A DNA stretch of 64,000 nucleotides, from NCBI GenBank assembly GCA_963713825.1, contig CAVQNG010000003.1, positions 1,248,001-1,312,000 of the forward strand, given 5' to 3'. The notes beneath the pieces were generated by a model. The model saw nothing but the letters and a program-made list of their open reading frames with translations. It made no database searches and was not told where the DNA came from. This document shows positions 18,933 through 29,500 of the stretch, piece by piece; the first letter of the stretch is position 1, and every line of letters begins with the position of its first letter. A program made the translations under genes and the position numbers. This DNA is from an uncultured Acidobacteriota bacterium. Lineage in GTDB: Bacteria > Acidobacteriota > Thermoanaerobaculia > Multivoradales > JAHEKO01.

Positions 18933-20231
18933 ATGCTCCGATCACCGGTGGGCAGGCTGCAGCTGCAAACGCGTCTCTTTCGACGTGCCAAGCCGATACT
19001 CTTCCGACTCGCCACACTCTATCGGCGCACCTTCGTGCGGCGAACTCGGATCGCAACTATTGTCGGCTCCTTCGGAAAATCGACCGCCGCGCGGACCACG
19101 ATGGCGGCTCTTGGTGGAGATATCAGCCGACTCTCGGAGCGCAATGCCGGCAGCTTTCTGGCCAGAGCGATCTTCCGCGTCCGACCCTGGCACCGCTTTT
19201 CAGCGATCGAAGTCGGTGTCAATGGACCGGGCACGATGCAGCCTAATGGCGCCATGATTCGACCGGACATCGTCGTCGTGACGTCGATTGGAAGTGAGCA
19301 CAACCGATCTTTCAAGACGCTAGAGGCCACCCGGCACGAGAAGGCCGAGATGGTACGCGCTCTTTCTGACACCGGTCTGGCGGTGCTCAATGGAGACGAC
19401 CCGAACGTCCTCTGGATGAAGAGCCAGACCAGCGGCAGGGTGATCACCTTCGGTTTCGAGCCGTCGAATGCCGTGCGAGCGGAGGACTTGGCTTTCGACT
19501 GGCCTCGAGGAATGCGATTCAACCTGCTCAGCGACGGCGAGACTCACGAGGTCAACACCTGTCTGGTGGGGAGGCACATGGTCTACAGCATTCTGGCAGC
19601 CGCAGCGACCTGTGTGGGCGAAGGGGTCGATCTCGACGAGGCCCTGCCTCGCGTCGAGACGGTGGGGCCGACCCCGGGCAGGATGCAGATCGTGCCGCTC
19701 GAGGGCGGCGCCTTTCTTCTCCGCGATGACTACAAGTCCTCGATGGAGACGATTGAAACGGCTCTCGAGACCCTCGCCGAGATCCCGGCGAAGAATCGGA
19801 TCGCGGTCCTAGGGGAAGTCTCGGAGCCACCGGGAAGCCAGGGACCGGTTTACAAGAGCCTTGGTGAGCTCGCTGCCAGGGCAGCCACGAAGGTGATTGT
19901 GGTCGGCGAGAAGAGAGCTTTTGAGCGGTACAGAGCGGGTTTGTACGCCGGAGGCATGCCGCGCGAGTCGATCGTTCATGCCGGGCGAAGCGCGATTGGA
20001 GCTGCCGCGCTTCTTCGAGAGAGCCTCGAGCCCGAGGATGTCGTTCTGGTCAAGGGTAAGGACGTGCAGCGTCTCGAGCGCGTCTCGTTTGCCCTGATGG
20101 GCCAGAAGGTGCGCTGTGATCTCACGCGCTGCTACATGAAGGCCACCCGCTGCGGCACTTGTTCCCTCCTCGGACAGGGCCCTCTGGTCCAGAGCGGTTT
20201 CACCAGGCTCCCAGATCCATCTCGAGGGTAG
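18933..20231 (+). CDS. Stand-alone MurF-like ATP-dependent ligase lacking the N-terminal domain, with C-terminal Cys cluster
   Basis: VGSFGKST P-loop, VVTSIGSEH, EKAE, LNGDD, PGRM, DDYKSS, VLVKG; start could be 18834. Confidence 0.75.
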   Translation: MLRSPVGRLQLQTRLFRRAKPILFRLATLYRRTFVRRTRIATIVGSFGKSTAARTTMAALGGDISRLSERNAGSFLARAIFRVRPWHRFSAIEVGVNGPGTMQPNGAMIRPDIVVVTSIGSEHNRSFKTLEATRHEKAEMVRALSDTGLAVLNGDDPNVLWMKSQTSGRVITFGFEPSNAVRAEDLAFDWPRGMRFNLLSDGETHEVNTCLVGRHMVYSILAAAATCVGEGVDLDEALPRVETVGPTPGRMQIVPLEGGAFLLRDDYKSSMETIETALETLAEIPAKNRIAVLGEVSEPPGSQGPVYKSLGELAARAATKVIVVGEKRAFERYRAGLYAGGMPRESIVHAGRSAIGAAALLRESLEPEDVVLVKGKDVQRLERVSFALMGQKVRCDLTRCYMKATRCGTCSLLGQGPLVQSGFTRLPDPSRG

Positions 20232-20370
20232 TCCAGGTGTCGATCTCGGGACTCATCACGGCGAAGCCACTGTCGAGGGCGCTGGGGGAAGTTCCTTCAG
20301 AGGCCGAGGCCTGTACGGATCTCGGTCACGCGGGCGATTGTAGCTGTGGCACTCGGATCTTCAAGGCAGA

Positions 20371-21054
20371 TCAGAGGGTCACTGCGCCGGTGACGACTGT
20401 GGCTGTCATGATCGCGGCCATGGCGGCCTGAGTGGCTTCGATCGCGGCGCGGGCAGCCTCAGCGGAGGGTCGCTCCTCGGTGATCCTGTCGAGCCGCTCT
20501 TTGCGCTCGGCAACGCGCTTCTTGCCGAAGACAGGGACCAGGATGCCGCTGACGTGGGCTAGTGAGACGAGGATCGCTGTCCGTGGATCCAGGTCAGAGT
20601 CGTCTGAGAACACCGCGTGCTCGACTCGATGCATGATCTCGAGCTCGGCTCTTGGGTCGAGCTCCGGGTAGACACGTTGCGAGAAGATCAGCATGACCTT
20701 GTGGGTCTCGATCTGCAGCACCCCACGCAGAGCCAATTGCTCTGCGATTTGGTGTTTCAGGTCCTTCATCCCCGCGACTCGACCCATCCAGGTGGTCATA
20801 TCCGCACTCTTCTTGGCGGTGGCCATCTTCTCCAGGACCTGATCGAAAACCGGCTCGCCGAAAGGGGTGCCATTGACGACGGTGACGTACTTCTTGCGGT
20901 CGCGCTCGTCCAGGCGTAACCGGCCTTCGAGGAGCAGCTCAGCGAGCACGGCCCCGCCCACGGCGTAGGGCCAACTCGTGCCGGAATAGGTTCTTCCCTC
21001 CTGGTCCTTGAGTGCCAGTAGCAGGATCTCTTCGTGCAGTCGAAGCTTCTTCAT
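20371..21054 (-). CDS. GPP34/GOLPH3-family protein
   Basis: LHEEILLLAL.D..G, GAVLAELLLEGRL, L..RGVL, DPRTAIL. Confidence 0.85.
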   Translation of the reverse strand: MKKLRLHEEILLLALKDQEGRTYSGTSWPYAVGGAVLAELLLEGRLRLDERDRKKYVTVVNGTPFGEPVFDQVLEKMATAKKSADMTTWMGRVAGMKDLKHQIAEQLALRGVLQIETHKVMLIFSQRVYPELDPRAELEIMHRVEHAVFSDDSDLDPRTAILVSLAHVSGILVPVFGKKRVAERKERLDRITEERPSAEAARAAIEATQAAMAAIMTATVVTGAVTL

Positions 21055-21277
21055 GACAGGTCTTCTTTCTGGGGTTTCTGGACGGACGGCTCGAATCCAT
21101 CCCCGCATTGTCTGTTGTCGGACGTCTGGGGAAAGTCTAACTGAAGTCGAGTTTCGATGGGCTCACTGTCCGATTCGTGCCATGCTGCCGGAGGTCTCTG
21201 AACCCTATATTCTGCTCGTTTACGCTCGCAATTGGCCCTGGTACTCTGAAGCCTCGAATCTCTGCCTAGAGGTTCCT

Positions 21278-21454
21278 ATGACTCAGTTTCTGAGCACCTT
21301 CGCCATCGGAATCGCTCTTCTCACCGGGAGTCCGTTTTCTGGAGGCGAGACGCCCAGGATGGGGCCATTCCCCCTTGGCATCCCAAGATCGTCGGCGAGT
21401 CCATGCCGGCTTGGACGCGGTGCCCTGAGAATAGGCAGTGACAAGAAGGGATAA
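21278..21454 (+). CDS. Possible 58-aa small or remnant secreted protein
   Basis: AGAGG RBS before ATG 21278 and a hydrophobic signal-like N-terminus; the rest is uninformative. Confidence 0.25.
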   Translation: MTQFLSTFAIGIALLTGSPFSGGETPRMGPFPLGIPRSSASPCRLGRGALRIGSDKKG

Positions 21455-21492
21455 CCCAGCACGCTCGAGCTGCAGAATGGAGACCGGATATC

Positions 21493-22530
21493 GTGAAGAT
21501 CACGGAGTTCATCGACCGACACTACCGTCACTTCAACTCGGCCACTCTGGCGGAGGCGGCACGGGCCTATGGTTATCACCTGGATCAGGGTGGCGCTATG
21601 TTGGTGACCCTGGCCGGAGCCATGAGTACAGCCGAGTTGGGCAAGTCCTTGGCCGAGATGATTCGCCAGGGCAAGATCGACGCCATCTGCTGTACAGGTG
21701 CCAATCTCGAAGAGGATGTCTTCAATCTGGTCGCTCACGACTTCTATCGAAGGATTCCGGAATGGAGGCACTTGAATCCACAACAGGAGGAGGAACTCGC
21801 CGCCAAAGGCCTGAATCGGGTGACCGACACCTGCATTCCCGAGGAGGAGGCGATGCGGGTGATCGAAGCCAAGATGGTGGCCTTGTGGGAGCGGGCCGAA
21901 ACCAATGGCGAGCGGTTCTTCCCACACCAATTCTTCTACCAGTTGCTACGAGAGCAGCTCGAGAATTCCGACTTCCAGATCGACCCCAGAGACTCGTGGC
22001 TTTTCGCTGCTGCGGAGGCCGGCTTGCCCATCTTCGTTCCGGGTTGGGAGGATTCGACGCTGGGCAATATGTTCGTGGCTAGGCTCCTGGCTGGCACCCT
22101 GTCAGACTTTGGGATCGTTCGCTCAGGGCCCGAATATATGGGCGCGCTGGCCGAGTGGTACCTGAAGACGACGATGGGTTCTGCCGAGCCACACCCTTCG
22201 ACAAGCTCGGAGGCGCGAGAGTCTCTCGTGGTGCCATCGGACGAGGCCGAACGGACCGTTGGCTTCTTTCAGATTGGAGGCGGCATCGCCGGCGACTTTC
22301 CGATCTGTGTGGTCCCGATGATCCACCAGGATCTGGAGCGCGCTTGTCCCTTTTGGGGCTACTTCTGTCAGATCAGCGATTCGACCACCAGTTACGGTTC
22401 CTATTCGGGGGCTGTTCCCGCAGAGAAGATCACCTGGGGCAAGCTCGACGTCGATACGCCGATGTTCGTGATCGAATCGGATGCCACGATCGTGGCTCCC
22501 TTGCTGTTCGGCTACGTTCTCGGTTGGTAG
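21493..22530 (+). CDS. Deoxyhypusine synthase-like protein (probable homospermidine synthase type)
   Basis: YRHFNS, TLAGAMSTAELG, TGANLEED, QIGGGIAGDF, SYSGA, EKITWGK with catalytic Lys. Confidence 0.9.
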   Translation: MKITEFIDRHYRHFNSATLAEAARAYGYHLDQGGAMLVTLAGAMSTAELGKSLAEMIRQGKIDAICCTGANLEEDVFNLVAHDFYRRIPEWRHLNPQQEEELAAKGLNRVTDTCIPEEEAMRVIEAKMVALWERAETNGERFFPHQFFYQLLREQLENSDFQIDPRDSWLFAAAEAGLPIFVPGWEDSTLGNMFVARLLAGTLSDFGIVRSGPEYMGALAEWYLKTTMGSAEPHPSTSSEARESLVVPSDEAERTVGFFQIGGGIAGDFPICVVPMIHQDLERACPFWGYFCQISDSTTSYGSYSGAVPAEKITWGKLDVDTPMFVIESDATIVAPLLFGYVLGW

Positions 22531-22539
22531 CTGGGAGCC

Positions 22540-23415
22540 TCACGGCTGCCGCTGGCTCAGCACCATACTCAAGACCCGGTAGACAAGCTTGGCGGCGAGA
22601 AATTCGCTGGCGTGTTGGCCTGCTGCGGGCAGGAGCTCGACGACGTCAAAGCCGACGACTTGGCGCTTGCAAGCGACCCGGCGGACGAGCTCATTCACCA
22701 TGCTCCAGCTCAACCCGCCAGGCTCTGGCGTCCCTGTTGCCGGCAGCAGGCTCGGGTCGAAGGCATCGAGATCGATGGTCAGGTAGACACGCTCGGTGAG
22801 TTGCTCGACAACCTCGTCCATCCACTCTCGGTTCTCCTCAGAGAGTGTGTGGGCGAAGAAGACCCGATCGGGATTGAGGGCGGCGAGCTCGGTTGCATCG
22901 AGGGAGCGAATACCGACCTGCAAGATTGAGCTGCGCTCACGGGCTCGCGCCATGACGCAGGCATGGTTGAACGCGGAGCCCTCGTAGCTTTCACGAGTGT
23001 CGGCGTGGGCGTCGAGTTGGAGGACCGTCAGGTCGTCGAAGCGATCGGCCGCCGCTTGTACGGCCCCGATGGTTACCGAATGCTCCCCGCCGAGCACGAC
23101 AGGGAGCTGGCTCCTGTCGAGGATTCCGCCGACGCGCTTATCGACTAGCTCGACCAACTCCTCGGGCGGCCCGGCGCAGACGACCGGGTCCAGGGTTGCG
23201 ATTCCACGCCGCCACACCTCGCTGCGGGTTTCGATGTCGTAGAGCTCGACCTGCTGTGATGCTTCGAGCAGCGCCTCCGGACCTCGGTCCGCTCCCTTCT
23301 TCCAGGTGCTGGTGCCGTCGTAGGGAACCGGGAGTATGGCGACCTCGGCTCTTTCCGGGTTTGAATACTCGGGTGGAAGTCCCAGGAATCGGGCGAGCTT
23401 GGTTTCTGTACTCAC
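22540..23415 (-). CDS. speB: Agmatinase
   Basis: GGEHS, DAHAD, DLDAFDP, ATGTPEPGG; GTG start at 23415 just downstream of speA. Confidence 0.92.
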   Translation of the reverse strand: MSTETKLARFLGLPPEYSNPERAEVAILPVPYDGTSTWKKGADRGPEALLEASQQVELYDIETRSEVWRRGIATLDPVVCAGPPEELVELVDKRVGGILDRSQLPVVLGGEHSVTIGAVQAAADRFDDLTVLQLDAHADTRESYEGSAFNHACVMARARERSSILQVGIRSLDATELAALNPDRVFFAHTLSEENREWMDEVVEQLTERVYLTIDLDAFDPSLLPATGTPEPGGLSWSMVNELVRRVACKRQVVGFDVVELLPAAGQHASEFLAAKLVYRVLSMVLSQRQP

Positions 23416-23440
23416 GGGCCGGTCTCGGTCGTTGAAATGC

Positions 23441-25387
23441 CTAGTCCAGATAGGTGTATCCCTGAAGCTCGGTGCGGTAGAAGCGACGCAGGACCCGACT
23501 CTCTTCGAGATTGATCCGGCCCTCGGCGACGGCCGACTCGCAGTCGTCGGTGAGAGCCCGGAGAATACCCTTGGGGTCGAAGCGCACATAGGAAAGGACG
23601 TCCTGGGTGGTGTCGCCCTCGACATAGTCCTCGATTCGCCAGGCACCGCCCTCGGTGGCCCGAATGTGGACCACGTGATGGTCTCCAAACAGGTTGTGAA
23701 AGTCGCCCAGCGTGTCTTGGTAGGCACCGACGAGGAACACCCCGAGGTAGTAGGGCTCTGCCTGGTTCAGCTCGTGGACATCGAGTGCCGGGCGGATCCC
23801 CTCCTCGCCGATGAACCGGCCGATCTTGCCATCGGAATCGCAGGTGAGGTCGCCGAGAACCGCCGTGCGAGAGGGAGGCTCGTCGAGTCGGTGGATGGGC
23901 ATGACCGGAAAGACCTGATCGATGGCCCATACATCCGGCAGGGACTGGAAGAGTGAGAAGTTGCAGAAGTAAACCATGTCCAGGCTGCGTCGAATGGTCT
24001 CGACTTCCTCCGGAGGCTCGTTCATCTCCGAGCCGCACTCGACCAAGGCGAGACAGGCCGCGTGGAACATCTTCTCGGCCAGCGCAGCCCAGAGCAGGTC
24101 GAGATATCCGACCGAGAAGAGTTGCATCGCCTGACGGCGAGCCTCGACGGCGTCGTGGTAGCACTCCGCAATGCGATCCGGAGCCACCGACTCCAGGGCT
24201 TCGAGCATGTCGGCCAAGGGCTGGTGCTCGGCAATGGCATCGCGGTCGATCGTCGACAGATCGAGGGTGCGGCCCAGCACAGAAGGATCCGACCTGCCGA
24301 TGACCTCGACCACCAGCACGCTCTGGTAGGTCGCCAAGGCTCGCCCCGATTCGGTGACGATCGTCGGGTGGGGCAGGCCGCGGCCGTCGCAAGCCGACGC
24401 GATGCGGTAGACGATCTGACTGGCGTACTCTTCGAGGGTGTAGTTGATCGAGCTCGGGGTATCCGACTGGCTGCCATCGTAGTCGACTCCCAGGCCGCCG
24501 CCAACATCGATGTACTCGAGCCCAGCACCCATCGCGGCCAGCTCGCAATAGACCTGGGAAAGCTCGCCGACAGCACCCTTGATGTACCGGATGTCCTGGA
24601 TCTGGCTGCCGGCGTGGCAGTGGACCAGTTTCAGGCAGTCTTCCATGCGATGGCGCTGAAGCTCTTCGAAGACCTCCAGGACCTCACTCAAGGAGAGTCC
24701 GAATTTCGCCTTTGAACCTACCGAGTCTCCCCATCGGCTCATGCTTTTCGAGGAGAGCTTGACCCTGACCCCGAGTCGCGGCCTGACCTGATGGAGCTCG
24801 GAAAACTCCAGAATCATGCGCAGCTCTCTTCGATTCTCGATTACAGGGATGATGTTGCGCCCCAGCTTGGTCGCCAGGATCGCGGCCTCGATATAGCTCC
24901 TGTCCTTGAAGCCGTTGCATATCAGCAGGCGCTCTGGCGCCCCGGTACTGACGGCAAGGCTCGCCATGAGTTCGGGTTTCGAGCCGACCTCCAACCCGAA
25001 TCCATATCGTGCTCCACTTCGGAAGACGGCCTCGACAGTCGGACGTTGCTGGTTGACCTTGATGGGATAGACGGCCTGATAGCCACCTTTGTAGGCGTTT
25101 TCCTCGATTGCCGCCGCGAAGGCCGTGTAGATCCTCTTCAATCGGTGGTCGAGGATATCGACGAAGTTGAGCGCGACGGGGGGTGCGAGGTCGCGCGCTC
25201 GCAGACCTTCGACGATGTGAAGTAGGTCGAGCTCGCGCTCCTCTGTAGCATCGACCCGAACGCCGATGTGCCCGGCTTCGTTGATTCGGAAATAGCCCTC
25301 TCCCCAGTCCTCGACCCGGTAAAGCTCGGACGAGTGCCGCGGGCTCCAAACAGGCTGCTGCTCCATAGAGGCCGTCTTCCTGAGCAT
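23441..25387 (-). CDS. speA: Biosynthetic arginine decarboxylase
   Basis: YPIKVNQ (PLP Lys), LEVGSKPEL, HCHAGSQI, DVGGGLGVDY, TCDSDG, HNLFG. Confidence 0.95.
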   Translation of the reverse strand: MLRKTASMEQQPVWSPRHSSELYRVEDWGEGYFRINEAGHIGVRVDATEERELDLLHIVEGLRARDLAPPVALNFVDILDHRLKRIYTAFAAAIEENAYKGGYQAVYPIKVNQQRPTVEAVFRSGARYGFGLEVGSKPELMASLAVSTGAPERLLICNGFKDRSYIEAAILATKLGRNIIPVIENRRELRMILEFSELHQVRPRLGVRVKLSSKSMSRWGDSVGSKAKFGLSLSEVLEVFEELQRHRMEDCLKLVHCHAGSQIQDIRYIKGAVGELSQVYCELAAMGAGLEYIDVGGGLGVDYDGSQSDTPSSINYTLEEYASQIVYRIASACDGRGLPHPTIVTESGRALATYQSVLVVEVIGRSDPSVLGRTLDLSTIDRDAIAEHQPLADMLEALESVAPDRIAECYHDAVEARRQAMQLFSVGYLDLLWAALAEKMFHAACLALVECGSEMNEPPEEVETIRRSLDMVYFCNFSLFQSLPDVWAIDQVFPVMPIHRLDEPPSRTAVLGDLTCDSDGKIGRFIGEEGIRPALDVHELNQAEPYYLGVFLVGAYQDTLGDFHNLFGDHHVVHIRATEGGAWRIEDYVEGDTTQDVLSYVRFDPKGILRALTDDCESAVAEGRINLEESRVLRRFYRTELQGYTYLD

Positions 25388-25468
25388 GGCAAGATTCTAC
25401 TCGTCGCAACCCTGGCGAACGCTACCGTGGTCGGTTTTAGAGTTCGCGCCCCGAAGTGCAGGTCCCGA

Positions 25469-26374
25469 TTACCCGTGCTTGAGGAAGGTCCCGGCCTCGA
25501 ACTCGGCGAAGGCCTGCCTTAGCTCCTCGCGGGTGTTCATTACGATCGGCCCGTACCAGGCAACAGGCTCTTCGAGCGGCTTGCCCGAGACCAGCAGAAA
25601 CCGGATGCCATGCTCGCCGGCGCGCACCGTGACCTCGTCGCCGCGGTCGAAGAGAACGAGCGAGCGGTTGTCGGCCTCCTCGGAGAGCGAGGTGTCGATC
25701 CAGCCAGCCCCTTCGGTGGGCACTTCCAGGGGAGCCGACGCGTTGCAGAACTTCCCTGAGCCGGCAAAGACGTAGGCAAATGCCTGTTGGGTCGTCTCGA
25801 CGGGAATGGTCTTGGCTTTGCCCGGGGGCACCCAGACATCGATGTACTGGGGATCGGCCGCAATGCCGTCGACCGGGCCCTTGGCGCCCCAGAGACTGCC
25901 GCATATCACGCGGACCTTCGTCCCGTCGTCATCGATGACCTCAGGGATATCGCCCGACTGGACCTCTTGGTAGCGAGGCGGAGTCATCTTGAGCGACGAA
26001 GGCAGGTTCGCCCAGAGTTGAAAGCCGTGCATCTTGCCCTGTTCGTCACCCTGGGGCATCTCCTGATGGATGATTCCGCTGCCCGCCGTCATCCACTGCA
26101 CGTCTCCAGGCGCGATGGCACCCTGGTTGCCCAGGCTGTCGCCGTGCTCGACCGTTCCCGCCAGGACATAGGTAATGGTCTCGATTCCACGGTGGGGGTG
26201 CCATGGGAAGCCAGCCTCGAAATCTTCGGGCCGGTCATTGCGGAAGTCGTCCAGCAAGAGGAACGGATCGAAGTCTTCGGTCTTGCCGAAGCCGAAGGCT
26301 CGACGCAGTTGCACTCCGGCGCCCTCGACAGTGGGCTTCGCCTTGATGACTCCCTTGATCGGTCGAATCGACAC
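25469..26374 (-). CDS. Pirin family protein
   Basis: DPFLLLD, GFPWHPHRGIET, QWMTAGSGIIHQE, GPIVMNT; GGAGG RBS before GTG 26374. Confidence 0.93.
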   Translation of the reverse strand: MSIRPIKGVIKAKPTVEGAGVQLRRAFGFGKTEDFDPFLLLDDFRNDRPEDFEAGFPWHPHRGIETITYVLAGTVEHGDSLGNQGAIAPGDVQWMTAGSGIIHQEMPQGDEQGKMHGFQLWANLPSSLKMTPPRYQEVQSGDIPEVIDDDGTKVRVICGSLWGAKGPVDGIAADPQYIDVWVPPGKAKTIPVETTQQAFAYVFAGSGKFCNASAPLEVPTEGAGWIDTSLSEEADNRSLVLFDRGDEVTVRAGEHGIRFLLVSGKPLEEPVAWYGPIVMNTREELRQAFAEFEAGTFLKHG

Positions 26375-26502
26375 GGCGACCTCCTTACGGGTAGATGGAT
26401 CGTGGCTGTACTGTACCTTCTTCCTGCCCCCTGGTACGATCCTGCGAGGGCAGAAACCGCCGCGCCTCGACCTTTCTCCATTCCATCGCAAGGAGCAAAA
26501 AC

Positions 26503-29500
26503 GTGAAGAAGCTGAGTGCTGTCGTTGTCGCGATTCTCATGTTTGCACCCATCGTCGCAATGGCGGCCGATGAGGCTGCCGCCGAGCTCGAAACCAAGCT
26601 CAACGCCGATACGCTGGCGGGACTCGCCTTGCGAAACATCGGCCCATCCATCAATTCTGGGCGCATCTCGGATTTTGCCGTGACGCCGGGCAAGCGGCAT
26701 CGGTACTTCATTGCCACCTCGTCGGGAAACCTCTGGAAAACCGACAACGCCGGCACGACGTGGACGCCGGTTTTCGACAACGAGGGTTCCTACTCTGTTG
26801 GTGTCGTGACAATGGACCCCAATAACCCGAATGTCATCTGGGCCGGCACTGGCGAGAACAATTCCCAGCGCTCGGTTTCCTTCGGTGATGGCGTCTACAA
26901 GAGCCTGGATGGGGGGCAGAGTTGGTCCCACATGGGCCTGAAGGAATCGGAGCACATCGGAGGAATCGAAGTCGATCCTCGTAACTCCGACGTCGTCTTC
27001 GTCGCCGCCCAGGGTCCACTTTGGAACTCGGGGGGAGAGCGCGGTCTCTACAAGACGATCGATGGCGGCGCCACCTGGGAGCGGGTGCTACATGTCGATG
27101 ACGACACGGGCGCCAACGAGGTCTGGTTGGATCCGCGCGATCCAGACACGATCTATGCCAGCACCTACCAGCGTCGCCGGCATGTATGGACACTGATCAA
27201 CGGTGGTCCCGGTTCCGGAATCTGGAAGTCCATCGACGGTGGCGTCACCTGGCGAGAGCTCGAGAAGGGCCTGCCGAAGGTCGACATGGGCCGCATCGGT
27301 CTGGCCATATCACCGGGTAATCCCGACGTGATCTACGCGATCATCGAGGCGCAGCGCGACGAGGGTGGGGTCTTTCGGACTACGGACCGCGGTGAGAGCT
27401 GGACCAAGCGCGGAGACTACATATCTTCGAGCCCGCAGTACTACAACACGTTGGTCGCCGACCCCCACGACGTCGACACCGTCTACTCACTCGACACGTT
27501 TCTGCAGGTCTCGAAGGATGGTGGTGCGACCTTCACTCCCGTCGGTGAGAAGGCGAAGCACGTGGACAATCACGCCATGTGGATCGATCCGGATGACCCC
27601 GATTATGTGCTCGTGGGGTGTGACGGTGGCGTATACGAGAGTTTCGACCGCGGCGCCAACTGGTTGTTCAAGGAGAATCTGCCGATTACCCAGTTCTACC
27701 GGGTCAGCGTCGACACATCGGAGCCCTTCTACTACGTCTACGGTGGGACCCAGGACAACAACACGCTCGGCGGGCCCAGCCGCACGCTGCGCCAGTCGGG
27801 AATCTCCAACGAAGACTGGTTCATCACTGTCGGTGGCGATGGCTACGAGACCGTGATCGACCCGACCAACCCGGACATCGTCTACTCGCAGTGGCAGTAC
27901 GGGGGTCTGGTGCGCTACGACCGGCGGTCCGAGGAGATCGTCGACATCCAACCGCAGGAAGAGCCGGGGGAGGCTGCCCACCGCTGGAACTGGGACGCAC
28001 CGCTGATCCTCTCCCCTCATTCGCCGACCCGTCTCTATTTTGCCGCTCAGCGTCTCTTCCGCTCGGACGATCGGGGCGATACCTGGACCGCGATCTCCGA
28101 CGACTTGAGCCGACAGATCGATCGTGACCAACTACCGGTCATGGGCCGCGTCTGGGGCATGGACGCAGTGTCCAAGAATCGGTCGACCTCGGACTACGGC
28201 AACATCGTGTCGCTGACCGAGTCCACACTGGAAGAGGGGCTCATCTATGTCGGCACCGACGATGGCCTCATTCAAGTGACCGAGGACGGTGGTGGCAGCT
28301 GGCGCAGGACCGAACGCTTCGCCGGGGTGCCCGAGAACACCTACGTCAGCGACATCGAGGCATCGCGTTTCGATGCCGACACAGCGTATGCCACCTTCGA
28401 CAACCACAAGCAGGGTGACTTCGACCCGTACGTGCTCGTCAGCCGGGACCGCGGTCGCACCTGGAGCTCCATGCGCGGTGACCTGCCGGATCGGGAGGTG
28501 GCCTATACCCTGATCCAGGACCACGTAAAGCCTGAGCTGCTCTTCGTCGGCACCGAGTTCGGCCTTTACGTGACCATCGACGAGGGAAACCACTGGCACC
28601 GGCTGAAGGGCGGCTTCCCGACGATGCAGGTGAGGGACCTCGAGATCCAACGGGACTGGAATGACCTCGCAGTGGCCACCTTCGGCCGCGGGTTCTACAT
28701 TCTGGACGACTACACACCGTTACGGGCCATGACGGAGGACGGCCTGGCGACGGACGAGGCGATCCTCTTCCCGACCAGGGAGGCCCTGCTGTACATCGAG
28801 CAACCCGATCGGGTGGGGGACCGAGGCAAGGGCTTCTGGACGACGCCGAATCCGCCGTTTGGAGCCGTCTTCACCTACTGGCTCCGAGATGGCCTCAAGA
28901 CCAAGAAGGATCTCCGCATCGAGGCCGAGACGGAGGCCAGAGAAGACGAGACCGACGCGCCGCTGTCCACGATGGAGGAGTTGCGGGCAGAGGATCTGGA
29001 GCTGGAGCCGGCAGTGTTCCTCACGGTCCGAGATGGCCAGGGATCGTTGGTCCGCCGGGTGAAAGCCGAGCAGGGTGCTGGACTCCACCGTGTGGCCTGG
29101 GATCTGCGATTGCCGCCCGCGGCACCGACGAGTCTGACGCCGGAAGCCAATCTGTCTCCATGGGCAACGCCCGAGAAGGGTCCACTCGCCTTTCCGGGCT
29201 CCTACACGGCAGCCCTCGAAGCGAGGGTCGGGACGGAATGGCGACCGCTCGGTGGGCCGGTGGATTTCGAGGTCGTGCCGCTGAATCTGGCGACCCTGAC
29301 GCCCGAAGATCAGGCGGCTGTCATGGCTTTCCGCCAAGAGGTTCGCGAACTGCGGCGCAACGTCCTTGGCGCCTCTGAGGTTCTCGGCGAGATCGACCAG
29401 CGCGTCAGCCATCTGCGACAGGCCCTGCTGGATACGCCGGAGGCCGATCTGGCCCTGCTGGTCGAGCTGGAAGGTCTCAAGAGCCAGTTGGATTCGATTC

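Noticed and set aside
23416-23727. Apparent 104-aa N-terminal extension of agmatinase
   Set aside because: Out-of-frame overlap with the speA end; the SpeB-like sequence starts at GTG 23415
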